Assembly: GCA_963796455.1 (NCBI GenBank)
Contig: CAWCLO010000001.1
Coordinates: forward strand, 167,372-231,371
From: Candidatus Sulfomarinibacteraceae bacterium
Lineage (GTDB): Bacteria; Acidobacteriota; Thermoanaerobaculia; Thermoanaerobaculales; Sulfomarinibacteraceae
DNA length: 64,000 bases
Reading direction: 5' to 3'
In this document: positions 10,105 to 18,852 of the stretch, piece after piece
Layout of the letters: each line of letters begins with the position of its first letter
Numbering within the stretch: position 1 is the first letter of the stretch
Translations under genes and position numbers: made by a program
Notes under the pieces: generated by a model
The model's database searches: none
Seen by the model: only the letters and a program-made list of their open reading frames with translations
Told to the model about the DNA's origin: nothing

Positions 10105-12198
10105 TTGCGCAAATTGTTTTTCCGATCCACTTTTCCGATCGCCGTTTTTTCTCTCACACTGGGGATATTGAGCCCAGTGCCCGTCGAAGGCCAGGAACCC
10201 GATTACCACGACTTCGCATCAGTGGCCGCACAGCTGGAGACATGGGCCGATCAGAATCCGGATATTCTCCAGGTAGAAATAATCGGCAAGTCGGCCGCAG
10301 GAGCGCCACTGCTGGTGGCGCGGGTGGCTTCTGCCGGCGCGGTCGATCCGAACAAAAGAACCGCGATCTTCGTCGGCGCCAACATCGCCGGCTTTCACAA
10401 TGCGGGGACCGAAGCAACCCTGGACCTGTTGGAAACACTTCTGAACGGCGAAGCTGCCGGGCTTCTCGAAAAACACACGTTCTATATTGCGCCGGTACTC
10501 AACCCGGATGCCCACGACGCCATGTTCCGTTCACCGAAACAACGGCTGGCGGGCAATGGAGCCACCTGGTCTCCGGCGGGATGGAAGAACTCCTACGGGC
10601 TCGACCGCGATCTCGACGGTTTTGATAATGAGGACGGGCCGAACGACCTCAACGGCGACGGGCTGATCACCATGATGCGGATCCCCGATCCGGCGGGACG
10701 GATGCTCCCTGACCCGGATGACCTCCGGGTCCTCATCTCAGCCGACCCGCTCGAGGGTCAGGTCGGGCTCTATCGGGTCGTGACCGAAGGCTCGGACGAC
10801 GATGGTGACGGCTCGTTCAACGAGGACGGACCGGGCGCCCTGGCCCCCGACCGGAACTTTGCCCACGGCTTTGAGTACGATCAGCCTGAAGGCGGGCCAT
10901 GGGCGAGCTTTGTGCCCGAGACCCAGGCGATCATGGACTTCCTCCTCGAACGTAGGAACATCGCGGTGGCAGTGGTCTACGGTCCGGCCAACAATCTTCT
11001 GGCCGCTCCCCGCGGCTTTGGCGGCGGCGGTGATACCGGCTCGCTCAAGATCAAGGTGCCCGAGAGGTTTGCCGGAGCGCTGGGTCTCGACGCGGACCAG
11101 GAGTACACCGCTGACGAGATCTGGGAGCAGGCCAAGGACCATCCGATGGTGGTTCAGAACAACATCGGAAAGGAACAACTGATTCAATTCATGGGCGCCG
11201 GGCCCGCCACCAAAATGAACGACAACGACCTCGGTTATCTGACCAAACTTGCCGATGCCTACAAGGAGCGGCTCGAAGAGGCCGGTCTCGACGCCAAACG
11301 TGCCGGCGAGCAATACGGACGTGGCGGATTCACGCCGTGGTTGTACTACCAATACGGCGTGATGGCAGTCGAGCTGGATGTCTGGGGCGTGCCCAAGGCG
11401 CCAAAGGAAGAAACGGCCGAAGGCGAAGAGCCTCTCACGCTCGACAGTCTGGCCGATATGAGCGTCGAAGATTTCATGGCGCTCGGTGAGGAAAAGGTCG
11501 CGGCATTTCTGACCGAAATCGGCGCGCCTCCGCAGTTCACGGCCGCGGCGTTGATCGGCCGCGTCGAATCGGGTCAGGTGACTCCAAAAAAGATCGCCGA
11601 GATGGCGAAACAGATGGGGGCAGGTGACGCGGAAAAGAAGGGCGAGGACGGAGGCCCCAACGACCTGATGGTCTTCATTGACGAACACGCGCCGGACGCC
11701 TTTGTGGAATGGACCAAAGTGACCCTGCCCGACGGTTCCGAGGCGGAGGTCGGCGGCATCGATCCATTCATCGAAATCGCACCGCCCTATGCTCTGCTGC
11801 AGCCCGCGCTGAAGGTGCACACCCAAACCGTGCTGGAAGTGGCCAAGGGGCTCGCTCAGCTCGAGATCGTCCAACTCGAGTCTACGGAACTCGGTGCCGG
11901 TGTTTACCGCATCGAGGCGGTGGCCGCCAACCGCGGGTTCTATCCGACCCACACCAAGATGGCACAACGGGCGCGAAGCCACCTGCCGGTGCGGCTCGAA
12001 ATCACCCTTCCGGATGACGTTGATCTCGTGACCGGTCACCGTTGGGTCACCGAGGAGCGGCTCGATGGAGAAGGCGGGACCATGACGGCAGAGTGGATGG
12101 TCCGTGTCCAGGGCTCGTCGACCGAGATCATCGTCGATGCGATCTCTGACAACGCGGGTCACGATCGGAGGACCCTGGTACTTGGGGGGAGGAAATGA
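10105..12198 (+). CDS. M14 carboxypeptidase-like protein lacking the zinc ligands (probable pseudopeptidase), secreted
   Basis: It is a paralog of the next gene over the M14 core and the DxDxDG-rich insert. HxxE is replaced (FVGANIAGFHNAGTEA against DGATHANEVQGTET). The third His is also replaced (VVYGPANN against SFHNTGRM). Start is inferred at in-frame TTG 10105, giving the signal-like peptide RKLFFRSTFPIAVFSLTLGILSPVPVEG. No in-frame ATG is available. Confidence 0.7.
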   Translation: MRKLFFRSTFPIAVFSLTLGILSPVPVEGQEPDYHDFASVAAQLETWADQNPDILQVEIIGKSAAGAPLLVARVASAGAVDPNKRTAIFVGANIAGFHNAGTEATLDLLETLLNGEAAGLLEKHTFYIAPVLNPDAHDAMFRSPKQRLAGNGATWSPAGWKNSYGLDRDLDGFDNEDGPNDLNGDGLITMMRIPDPAGRMLPDPDDLRVLISADPLEGQVGLYRVVTEGSDDDGDGSFNEDGPGALAPDRNFAHGFEYDQPEGGPWASFVPETQAIMDFLLERRNIAVAVVYGPANNLLAAPRGFGGGGDTGSLKIKVPERFAGALGLDADQEYTADEIWEQAKDHPMVVQNNIGKEQLIQFMGAGPATKMNDNDLGYLTKLADAYKERLEEAGLDAKRAGEQYGRGGFTPWLYYQYGVMAVELDVWGVPKAPKEETAEGEEPLTLDSLADMSVEDFMALGEEKVAAFLTEIGAPPQFTAAALIGRVESGQVTPKKIAEMAKQMGAGDAEKKGEDGGPNDLMVFIDEHAPDAFVEWTKVTLPDGSEAEVGGIDPFIEIAPPYALLQPALKVHTQTVLEVAKGLAQLEIVQLESTELGAGVYRIEAVAANRGFYPTHTKMAQRARSHLPVRLEITLPDDVDLVTGHRWVTEERLDGEGGTMTAEWMVRVQGSSTEIIVDAISDNAGHDRRTLVLGGRK

Positions 12199-13949
12199 CC
12201 ATGGCTTTCACGACGACTCACGGTGTTTCCTGCCGCTCGTTTGTCTGTTTCCTCCTGATCGCGATCTGGGCCTTCGCCCCTTCCGCGATGGCGGTCGAAC
12301 CGTTGCAGGCCAAGGTTCCACCGCCGGACCCACAGTTCAATCGCCTCTATCCAAATGACGAAATCGTCGACTTTCTGAGCGGCTACGCAGCTTCCTATCC
12401 GGACTGGGTACGACTGGAAAGCATCGGTGAAGCCGGCGAGGGCGGCGAGATGTGGTTGGTGACGATCAACAACCCTGCCACCGGCAGCGAGCTCGACAAA
12501 CCTGCCATGTATGTCGACGGCGCGACCCACGCCAACGAGGTCCAGGGCACCGAAACGGTGCTCTATCTCATCGACTACATGCTCCGGAACTACGGCCGAC
12601 TCGAACCGGTGACCGAAATCCTCGACCGCGCCGTCTTCTACTGCGTGCCGATGGTCAATCCCGACAGCCGGGCCAAGTGGTTCACCGAACCGTCAACCGC
12701 CAGCTATCCGCGTACAGTACCGATTCATATCGACGACGACCGTGACGGCCGTGTCGACGAGGATGGCTACGACGATCTGAACGGCGACGGCGAGATCACC
12801 CAGATGCGGAAACGCGTGCCGCTCGGCGAAGGCGGCTACCGTCTTCATCCGAAGGACCCGAGACGACTGGTCGCCGTCGAGGAGGATGAACTCGGCGATT
12901 ACATCCAGCTCGGCAACGAGGGTTTCGACAACGATGGTGATGGACGCGTGAACGAGGACACCGTGGGCTATGTCGATCCCAATCGCACCTGGGGCTATGG
13001 CTGGCAGCCGCGCTACGTGCAAGGTGGGACTACTCAATATCCACTCCAGATTCCCGAAACACGAAGCATCGCCCTGTGGGCCCTCGACCATCCGAACATC
13101 ATCGCCTCGCAGAGCTTTCACAACACCGGGCGAATGATTTTGCGCGGCCCCGGCGCCAAGACCATGCGGCGCTACGAGGCCGCCGACCGGCGGGTCTTCG
13201 ATCGAATCGGCGAAGAGGGCGAGAAGATCCTGCCCGGATACAACTACTACATTCTGTGGAAAGATCTCTACACGGCCTATGGCGGAACCGTCGACCATTT
13301 CTACGGAATCCACGGAGCGTTTTCGTTCACCAACGAGCTCTTCGGCCCAGAACAGGATTTTGACGGCGACGGTTCGGTGAGCGACGAGGAGCGTTTCAAA
13401 TTTGCCGACAGATTGACCCAGGGGCGGATGCTCGTCGACTGGGAAGAGATCGACCACCCGCAGTACGGCACGATCGAGGTCGGCGGTTACCGTCACGACA
13501 CCCGGCGCGTGCCCGAGGGTTGGATGCTCGAGGAGGATTGCCACCGCAACGCCTCCTTTGTCCTCTACCACGCATGGCAGATGCCGCGATTGAGTTTCGG
13601 CGAGCCGACAGTCGAGAACCTCGGTGGCAACCTGTGGCGGCTCCACGTTCCGGTGCTCAACGATCGCGCGATCCCCTCCATGGCCGCGGTCGCGACCCGG
13701 CTCAAGATCCACCGGCCGGACATCGCATCCATCGAGGGGGCCACGGTGATCAGCAGCGGCATTGTCCAGAACGCCTACCTCGACAAGGTCGACGTTCAGA
13801 AGGACCGTCCTGAACGCCTGCTCGTCAGCGGCGTCCCGGGTCTCTCCACCGAAACGCTGTTCTTCCTCGTCGAGGGCAAGGGTGAGGTGACCGTGACCTA
13901 CGACAGCCTCAAGGCGGGCACGATCCGGAGGACCATCTCGTTGCGTTAG
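12195..13949 (+). CDS. M14 family zinc carboxypeptidase, secreted
   Basis: Signal peptide FVCFLLIAIWAFAPSAMA. HANE (HxxE) and a later SFHNTG His are present. The ATGA start/stop overlap with the upstream gene has GGAGG just upstream. Confidence 0.8.
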   Translation: MTMAFTTTHGVSCRSFVCFLLIAIWAFAPSAMAVEPLQAKVPPPDPQFNRLYPNDEIVDFLSGYAASYPDWVRLESIGEAGEGGEMWLVTINNPATGSELDKPAMYVDGATHANEVQGTETVLYLIDYMLRNYGRLEPVTEILDRAVFYCVPMVNPDSRAKWFTEPSTASYPRTVPIHIDDDRDGRVDEDGYDDLNGDGEITQMRKRVPLGEGGYRLHPKDPRRLVAVEEDELGDYIQLGNEGFDNDGDGRVNEDTVGYVDPNRTWGYGWQPRYVQGGTTQYPLQIPETRSIALWALDHPNIIASQSFHNTGRMILRGPGAKTMRRYEAADRRVFDRIGEEGEKILPGYNYYILWKDLYTAYGGTVDHFYGIHGAFSFTNELFGPEQDFDGDGSVSDEERFKFADRLTQGRMLVDWEEIDHPQYGTIEVGGYRHDTRRVPEGWMLEEDCHRNASFVLYHAWQMPRLSFGEPTVENLGGNLWRLHVPVLNDRAIPSMAAVATRLKIHRPDIASIEGATVISSGIVQNAYLDKVDVQKDRPERLLVSGVPGLSTETLFFLVEGKGEVTVTYDSLKAGTIRRTISLR

Positions 13950-13996
13950 CTGCGTCACGGCACAACATCCGCTTCGCGGATATGTCGGTACCCTAA

Positions 13997-14024
13997 GCGG
14001 GCGGGACTGGTCCCGCCCGTTTAT
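13997..14024 (+). terminator. Rho-independent terminator after the M14 pair
   Basis: GCGGGCGGGA, loop CTGG, then TCCCGCCCG followed by TTTAT. It lies 48 nt downstream of the 13949 stop. Confidence 0.6.
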
Positions 14025-14059
14025 GATGAGCGGGTTCGCGTGACCAAGCGGAGGTGAGG

Positions 14060-15142
14060 ATGTCGGATCGAATGCTGCAGCAGTTCATGGACATGGTGCG
14101 GATCGACTCGGAATCGGGCAACGAGGCCAGATTTATGGATTATCTGCTGGGCGAGGTGCGAGCCATCGGCGGCAACGCCGCGCTCGATGACTACGGCAAT
14201 CTCGTCGCGGTATTCAAAGCGAAGGACTGCGATGGTGTCGACCCGATCCTGCTGTCGTGCCACGGCGACACGGTCAAACCGGGCATCGGTATCGAACCGG
14301 TCCTCCGGGACGGTGTCATCCGCTCCGCGGGCGACACGATCCTCGGCGCCGATGACAAGGCCGGAATCGCTGAAGTTCTCGAGGCGCTTCGGGTGGCGCC
14401 GGTCCGCCCGCCGATCGAGTTTGCCGTGAGCCGCCAGGAAGAGATCGGACTCCTGGGAGTGAAGGAACTGGACTTCAGTCGACTCAGTGCCCGCCGCGGC
14501 TTTCTGATGGACAACGACACCCTCGACACCATCATCATCGGCGGTCCGACCTACTTCGCCATCGACGTCGCGGTGACCGGTCGCTCGGCCCACGCCGGGA
14601 TGGAACCGGAGAAGGGCATCAACGCCATCCTGGCGGCAGCGAAGGGCATCACTGCGCTGCGACTCGGCAGGATCGATCATGAGACCACCTCCAATGTTGG
14701 TGTCATCAACGGTGGGATCATCCGCAACGGCGTCCCCGATGCCTGCTCCTTCCTCGCCGAGTGCCGCTCGGCCGACCACGACAAGGCGGTCGCCCTTTGC
14801 GAAGAAATCACCTCAATTCTGCGAAGAGAGATCGAGGCGGCCGGTGCCGCTGTCGAAATCGAGGTCGACGAAAAGTGCCGGGCGGTGGAGATCCCCGAAG
14901 AGGCGTGGTCGGTCCAGATTGCAAAGCGGGCCCTGGCAACCGTCGGCATCGACGCCGAAGCGGTCTTCATGACCGGTTTCACCGATGCCTCCATCTACAA
15001 CAACCGCGGCATTGAAATGGCGGTGGTCGGCATCGGCGCCCAGAACGAGCACTCGACCGAAGAATGCATCGAGGTCGCCGACATGGAGAAGGCGGTCAAG
15101 ATGCTGGTCGAGATTTTCCGACTGGTGGCGACCGGGGACTGA
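14060..15142 (+). CDS. M20 family metallopeptidase (tripeptidase/PepT-like)
   Basis: GGAGG lies 5 nt before ATG 14060. Motifs are LLSCHGDTV, GADDKAGIA and SRQEEIGLLG (the M20 H, D, EE metal/catalytic motifs). Confidence 0.8.
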   Translation: MSDRMLQQFMDMVRIDSESGNEARFMDYLLGEVRAIGGNAALDDYGNLVAVFKAKDCDGVDPILLSCHGDTVKPGIGIEPVLRDGVIRSAGDTILGADDKAGIAEVLEALRVAPVRPPIEFAVSRQEEIGLLGVKELDFSRLSARRGFLMDNDTLDTIIIGGPTYFAIDVAVTGRSAHAGMEPEKGINAILAAAKGITALRLGRIDHETTSNVGVINGGIIRNGVPDACSFLAECRSADHDKAVALCEEITSILRREIEAAGAAVEIEVDEKCRAVEIPEEAWSVQIAKRALATVGIDAEAVFMTGFTDASIYNNRGIEMAVVGIGAQNEHSTEECIEVADMEKAVKMLVEIFRLVATGD

Positions 15143-15359
15143 TCGAAGGCGTTCATCGCGTCACGGGCGGCTGTCCCTGTTCGCTGATGCCTGTCGCTGA
15201 CGCTGGACACTGTCGCTGCCAACTGTCGCTGCCGCTGTAATTCGGACGCGGACGCGGACTCGGGCACGGGGCAACCGCAAACCGGGAGTGCCAAAAACCG
15301 ACCCGTTAACCTCGTGTGGTTCAGTGGGAAACTTCACGAGACGTGTGTTTTTGGACAGC
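15139..15359. repeat. Interspersed repeat copy A. It consists of a 26-nt remnant of the four-helix-bundle gene 3' region followed by the GCTG-rich/hairpin module also found at 40082-40249.
   Basis: 15139-15164 CTGATCGAAGGCGTTCATCGCGTCAC matches 39590-39615 at 25 of 26 positions. 15170-15359 aligns by eye with 40082-40249. Shared blocks are CCTGTTCGCTG, CCTGTCGCTGACGCTG, GACACTGTCGCTGCC, AATTCGG, GCCAAAAACC, CCGTTA, CCTCGTGT and TTTTGGAC. Confidence 0.7.
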
Positions 15360-15390
15360 TATGCCCGGTTTGCGGTGTGCTGGCCGTCAA

Positions 15391-16128
15391 CTAGAACCTG
15401 AAACCGGCACCAAAGCTGAACATCAAAGGATCGAATGAAATCGAGGTGCCCCTCGAGTCGGGGTCATCTTTGAAGTTGTAGGTGGCGTCCATGTAGGTCA
15501 GGCTGCACCCAAGCGACCATGTCTTTTTCTTACCAAGGAATATGTCGAGCCCGGCCTTGGCCCCCCAGGTGACCTCTGAATCGCTTTGCCATTGAACCGT
15601 CACCCATTCATCGTGTTTTTCGTGCCAATCGCCGTGAAAGCCTGAGCGAGTCGACACGTTGGAGTAGCGGTTGAATGCCAGCATCGGCCCGGCATAGACA
15701 TCCACCGGTCCCTCATTGACGAAATGGAAATTGACCCCAAGCGCTATTGAACCTGTCGTCAGAAAATCGGATTCCGAGTACACGTGATGCTTGAGGCCAG
15801 CCCCGGTCGAGAGGTTCAGATCCGAGGCCATGCCGATGAGATTGAATTCGACACCGACGAGTGGGCTGATTCTGCGTTCGAGGCTGACGAAGCCTCCCCC
15901 ACCGCCGCTGAGGCTGACGCTGGTCCCTCCGGGGCTGGTCGCCACCGAGGTGTCTCCCACGGTGTCCGCCACCAGGAAACCGAAACGAAGAACCCAGTCG
16001 CGGCTCCGTTGCGCCTGCGGGGTCGTCGGCTCCTCGGCCGGTGGGGCGTCCTGAGCGCCCACTCCGGGAGCTACCATCACGATTGCGAAAAGCACGGAAA
16101 GCACGATGCACGTATCAGTCTTTTTCAT
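15391..16128 (-). CDS. Outer-membrane beta-barrel protein (OmpW/porin-like)
   Basis: Signal peptide CIVLSVLFAIVMVAPGVGAQ. Alternating beta-strand pattern. The C-terminal sequence is FSFGAGFRF. Confidence 0.65.
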   Translation of the reverse strand: MKKTDTCIVLSVLFAIVMVAPGVGAQDAPPAEEPTTPQAQRSRDWVLRFGFLVADTVGDTSVATSPGGTSVSLSGGGGGFVSLERRISPLVGVEFNLIGMASDLNLSTGAGLKHHVYSESDFLTTGSIALGVNFHFVNEGPVDVYAGPMLAFNRYSNVSTRSGFHGDWHEKHDEWVTVQWQSDSEVTWGAKAGLDIFLGKKKTWSLGCSLTYMDATYNFKDDPDSRGTSISFDPLMFSFGAGFRF

Positions 16129-16300
16129 CTATTCCTCCTGTTCAATCCGGCCCGTCGGTCCTGGGCCCGTCTGCAATTCAGATTGTCGGTCCCAGGGGAT
16201 CGGCGCGCTTGAGGGAGTTGTGAGGATTGGCTGAGGTTTGAAGATAAAACGGACGATGGCGGGCGGGTTTGGCGCCAGGCACCTCGTGTTAGGATGCGCC

Positions 16301-17653
16301 ATGCCCACTTCAAAAGCCGGTTATGTCTCCCTCGCCTGCTCGATTCTGGTTTTTCTGGCTGTGGGAGCCGGCGCTGCGGAAACTCTGATAATCGTCGGTT
16401 CGACGGTCATCGATGTGAGTGATTATGGTGCCGGCGAATCCGACATCATCGACTCGGTGGTGGTGATCGAAGACGGGGTCATCACATTCGTCGGATCACG
16501 ATCCGATGTGAAAATCCCGGCAACCGCTCGTGTGCTCGAGGCCAAAGGCAAATTCATGATCCCCGGTTTGACTGACGGCTTTGCCGCCCTCAACAACCAG
16601 TCCTACGCCGATGCCTATCTCGAGAGTGGGGTGACCTCGATCATCGCCGTCTCGGGTGGCCGGCGTGGCCCCTTGGCAACGGACCTGCACCCCGGACCGC
16701 GCGTCAGCCGATTGGGTTCGGTCGGCAACGAAGCGGGAACGCTCGACCAGCATCTCGCCGCGCTCGAGGACCTGGCGGCCAACGGTGTCGACGTGGCCCT
16801 GTTGATGTATGAACTCAATCCCGAACAGCTCAAAACGTTGATTCGGCGGGCAGACCACTTGGGGATGGCGACCATCGGCGAACTCGGTCGCACGACCTAC
16901 GCGGAGGGCATTTCCGCAGGCCTGGATGCAGTGGTCCATACCACCCGCTACTCACTCGACCTCGCTCCGACCAGCATGGCCGGAGCGGTCGCGGACCAAC
17001 CCTTCAGCAATGACCTCGAGAGCGCCAAATGGGTCTACTACCTCTGGTTGAGCGAGCTGTCTCCACATGACCCCCGTCTGGAGGAACACGCCAGGACCCT
17101 CGCCGCCGGCACCACGGCCCTGATCCCGACCTTCAGTCTGCTCCACCTCGACCGGCCGTGGGCGACAAATCCCTGGATGGACCCGGTCGCCCGCCTCCTG
17201 GACCCGAGCGACATCAATGCTCCGGCGGACCGTGACAGCGGTCGCCACACCTACGACGCCGCCCACCAGGTGGCCTATACAGCGATTGCTCGCGCTCAAT
17301 TTCTGCTTGAAGAGGCTTACCACCTCGCCGGTGCCCGCTACCTGGCCGGGAGCGCCACTGATGTCTGGGGAACCATGCCCGGGATCTCCCTCCATACGGA
17401 GCTCGACAGCCTCGTTCGCCTCGGTCTGACACCCCGCCAGGCCCTTGCCGCCGCCACCTCCAACTTCGCTGCGGTCTTTCCGAACTGGGGCCGACGCGGA
17501 GAAATCAAGGTCGGTTGGCAAGCCGATCTGCTGGTGCTCGCAGCGGACCCGCGCGAGGACATTCGAAATCTCCGCAGCATCGAGACGGTGGTGCTCGGAG
17601 GGCAGGTCCTACCGAAATCGGCCGCGGCCGACCTCGAAATCAACGGAGAATGA
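16301..17653 (+). CDS. Amidohydrolase-superfamily protein, secreted, lacking the canonical HxH motif
   Basis: Family blocks are VVIEDGVITFVG, KGKFMIPGLTDG, GSATD and GEIKVGWQADLLVL. The position after PGLxD reads GFAAL instead of HxH. Start is at Met 16301 before the signal-like LACSILVFLAVGAGAAE; 16238 is also possible. Confidence 0.7.
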   Translation: MPTSKAGYVSLACSILVFLAVGAGAAETLIIVGSTVIDVSDYGAGESDIIDSVVVIEDGVITFVGSRSDVKIPATARVLEAKGKFMIPGLTDGFAALNNQSYADAYLESGVTSIIAVSGGRRGPLATDLHPGPRVSRLGSVGNEAGTLDQHLAALEDLAANGVDVALLMYELNPEQLKTLIRRADHLGMATIGELGRTTYAEGISAGLDAVVHTTRYSLDLAPTSMAGAVADQPFSNDLESAKWVYYLWLSELSPHDPRLEEHARTLAAGTTALIPTFSLLHLDRPWATNPWMDPVARLLDPSDINAPADRDSGRHTYDAAHQVAYTAIARAQFLLEEAYHLAGARYLAGSATDVWGTMPGISLHTELDSLVRLGLTPRQALAAATSNFAAVFPNWGRRGEIKVGWQADLLVLAADPREDIRNLRSIETVVLGGQVLPKSAAADLEINGE

Positions 17654-17654
17654 C

Positions 17655-18815
17655 ATGTGTGACATCGATCGAAGAGACTTCATCAAGATTGGTTCCGCCG
17701 GTGCCGCCGGTCTCGGCCTCATGGGAACAGCGGTCTCCTCCGAAGCCGGAGTGCTCAGATCCGATCGGCCGATCTTTTTTACCGGTGACGGCCTCAACCT
17801 GTCGCCACAGGAGTACGCCGCCGTCCTGGCTGAAATCACCAGCGATGGCAAGCTCGAGCAGGACTATTACTCCAACGGCGGCGTGGTCGAAGAATTCGAA
17901 AAACGAATGGCTGAGACCCTCGGTAAGGAAAGAGCGGTTTTTCTGCCCACCGGTACGCTTGCCAACCACCTCGCTATCCGGACCCTGTGCGAAAGCCGCG
18001 GTGGCCGCAGGGTCCTGACTCAGGCGGAGAGTCACATCGGCAACGACGCCGGCGATGACTGCGCGGCGCTCGCGGGCCTACGCGTGGTCGGCCTGGCTCC
18101 CGGCGAAGTGGGCTTCACCCTCGATCAGGTGCAAGCCGAGTACAACCGAGCGGAGGCAGGACGCGTCAAAACGGGAATCGGCGCCATCGCCATCGAGTCC
18201 CCGGTCCGCCGCAAGCTTGGCGGAGTCTTCGATTTTGACGAGATGGTCCGAATCAGCGAGTGGGCGAAATCGAACGGCACAGGTCTTCATCTTGACGGCG
18301 CCCGCCTCTTCATCGCCGCCGCATACACCGGTATCTCCGTCGAGCGCTGGGCAGGACTTTTCGACACTGTTTTTGTTTCCGCCTGGAAGTACTTCAATGC
18401 CGGGTCGGGCGCTATCCTCGCCGGGCCGTCCGATCTGCTGGACGGCCTCTTCCACACACGGCGCATGTACGGTGGCGCCCTGGTGCGGGGGTGGGTCTAT
18501 GCCGCGGTCGCCCTCCACTATCTCGACGGTTTCGAGGACCGATACCGACGCGGTGTGGCGGTAAGTAAAGATCTCTTCGGCCGCCTGGACAAGCACCGGG
18601 CATTCTCCATTCGCCCCATACCCAACGGGTCCAACATCTTCATTCTCGAAATTCAGGGCTCGGACCCGGCAGAATTCCGCGACCGCCTGGCCACGTCCGG
18701 GATTTCCATGCGCGAGCCGCGCCCCGACGGATCGATCGTGATTCAGGTCAACGAGACCTGGTCCGCCGCCAGCGGCGAAGAACTCAGCCGGAAAATGCTG
18801 GCCGCGTTGGGTTGA
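17655..18815 (+). CDS. PLP-dependent threonine aldolase / beta-eliminating lyase family protein with twin-arginine signal
   Basis: ATG lies 1 nt after the upstream stop. MCDIDRRDFIKIGSAGAAGLGLMG is the TAT motif. Family motifs are PTGTLANHLAI, HLDGARLF and SAWKYFNAGSGAILAG (Lys). Confidence 0.75.
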   Translation: MCDIDRRDFIKIGSAGAAGLGLMGTAVSSEAGVLRSDRPIFFTGDGLNLSPQEYAAVLAEITSDGKLEQDYYSNGGVVEEFEKRMAETLGKERAVFLPTGTLANHLAIRTLCESRGGRRVLTQAESHIGNDAGDDCAALAGLRVVGLAPGEVGFTLDQVQAEYNRAEAGRVKTGIGAIAIESPVRRKLGGVFDFDEMVRISEWAKSNGTGLHLDGARLFIAAAYTGISVERWAGLFDTVFVSAWKYFNAGSGAILAGPSDLLDGLFHTRRMYGGALVRGWVYAAVALHYLDGFEDRYRRGVAVSKDLFGRLDKHRAFSIRPIPNGSNIFILEIQGSDPAEFRDRLATSGISMREPRPDGSIVIQVNETWSAASGEELSRKMLAALG

Positions 18816-18852
18816 GATCCCTCGAAGGCTTCGACTCGCGTATCGTGGACTC

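Noticed and set aside
10738-13958. Two long minus-strand ORFs (474 aa and 421 aa)
   Set aside because: Both are antisense to the two M14 genes, whose plus-strand products carry clear family motifs.
15170-15260. Possible CRISPR array or tandem repeat (recurring CTGTCGCTG)
   Set aside because: The units are 6-9 nt and irregular, with no spacer-sized unique segments and no cas genes. It is better explained as low-complexity content of an interspersed repeat.
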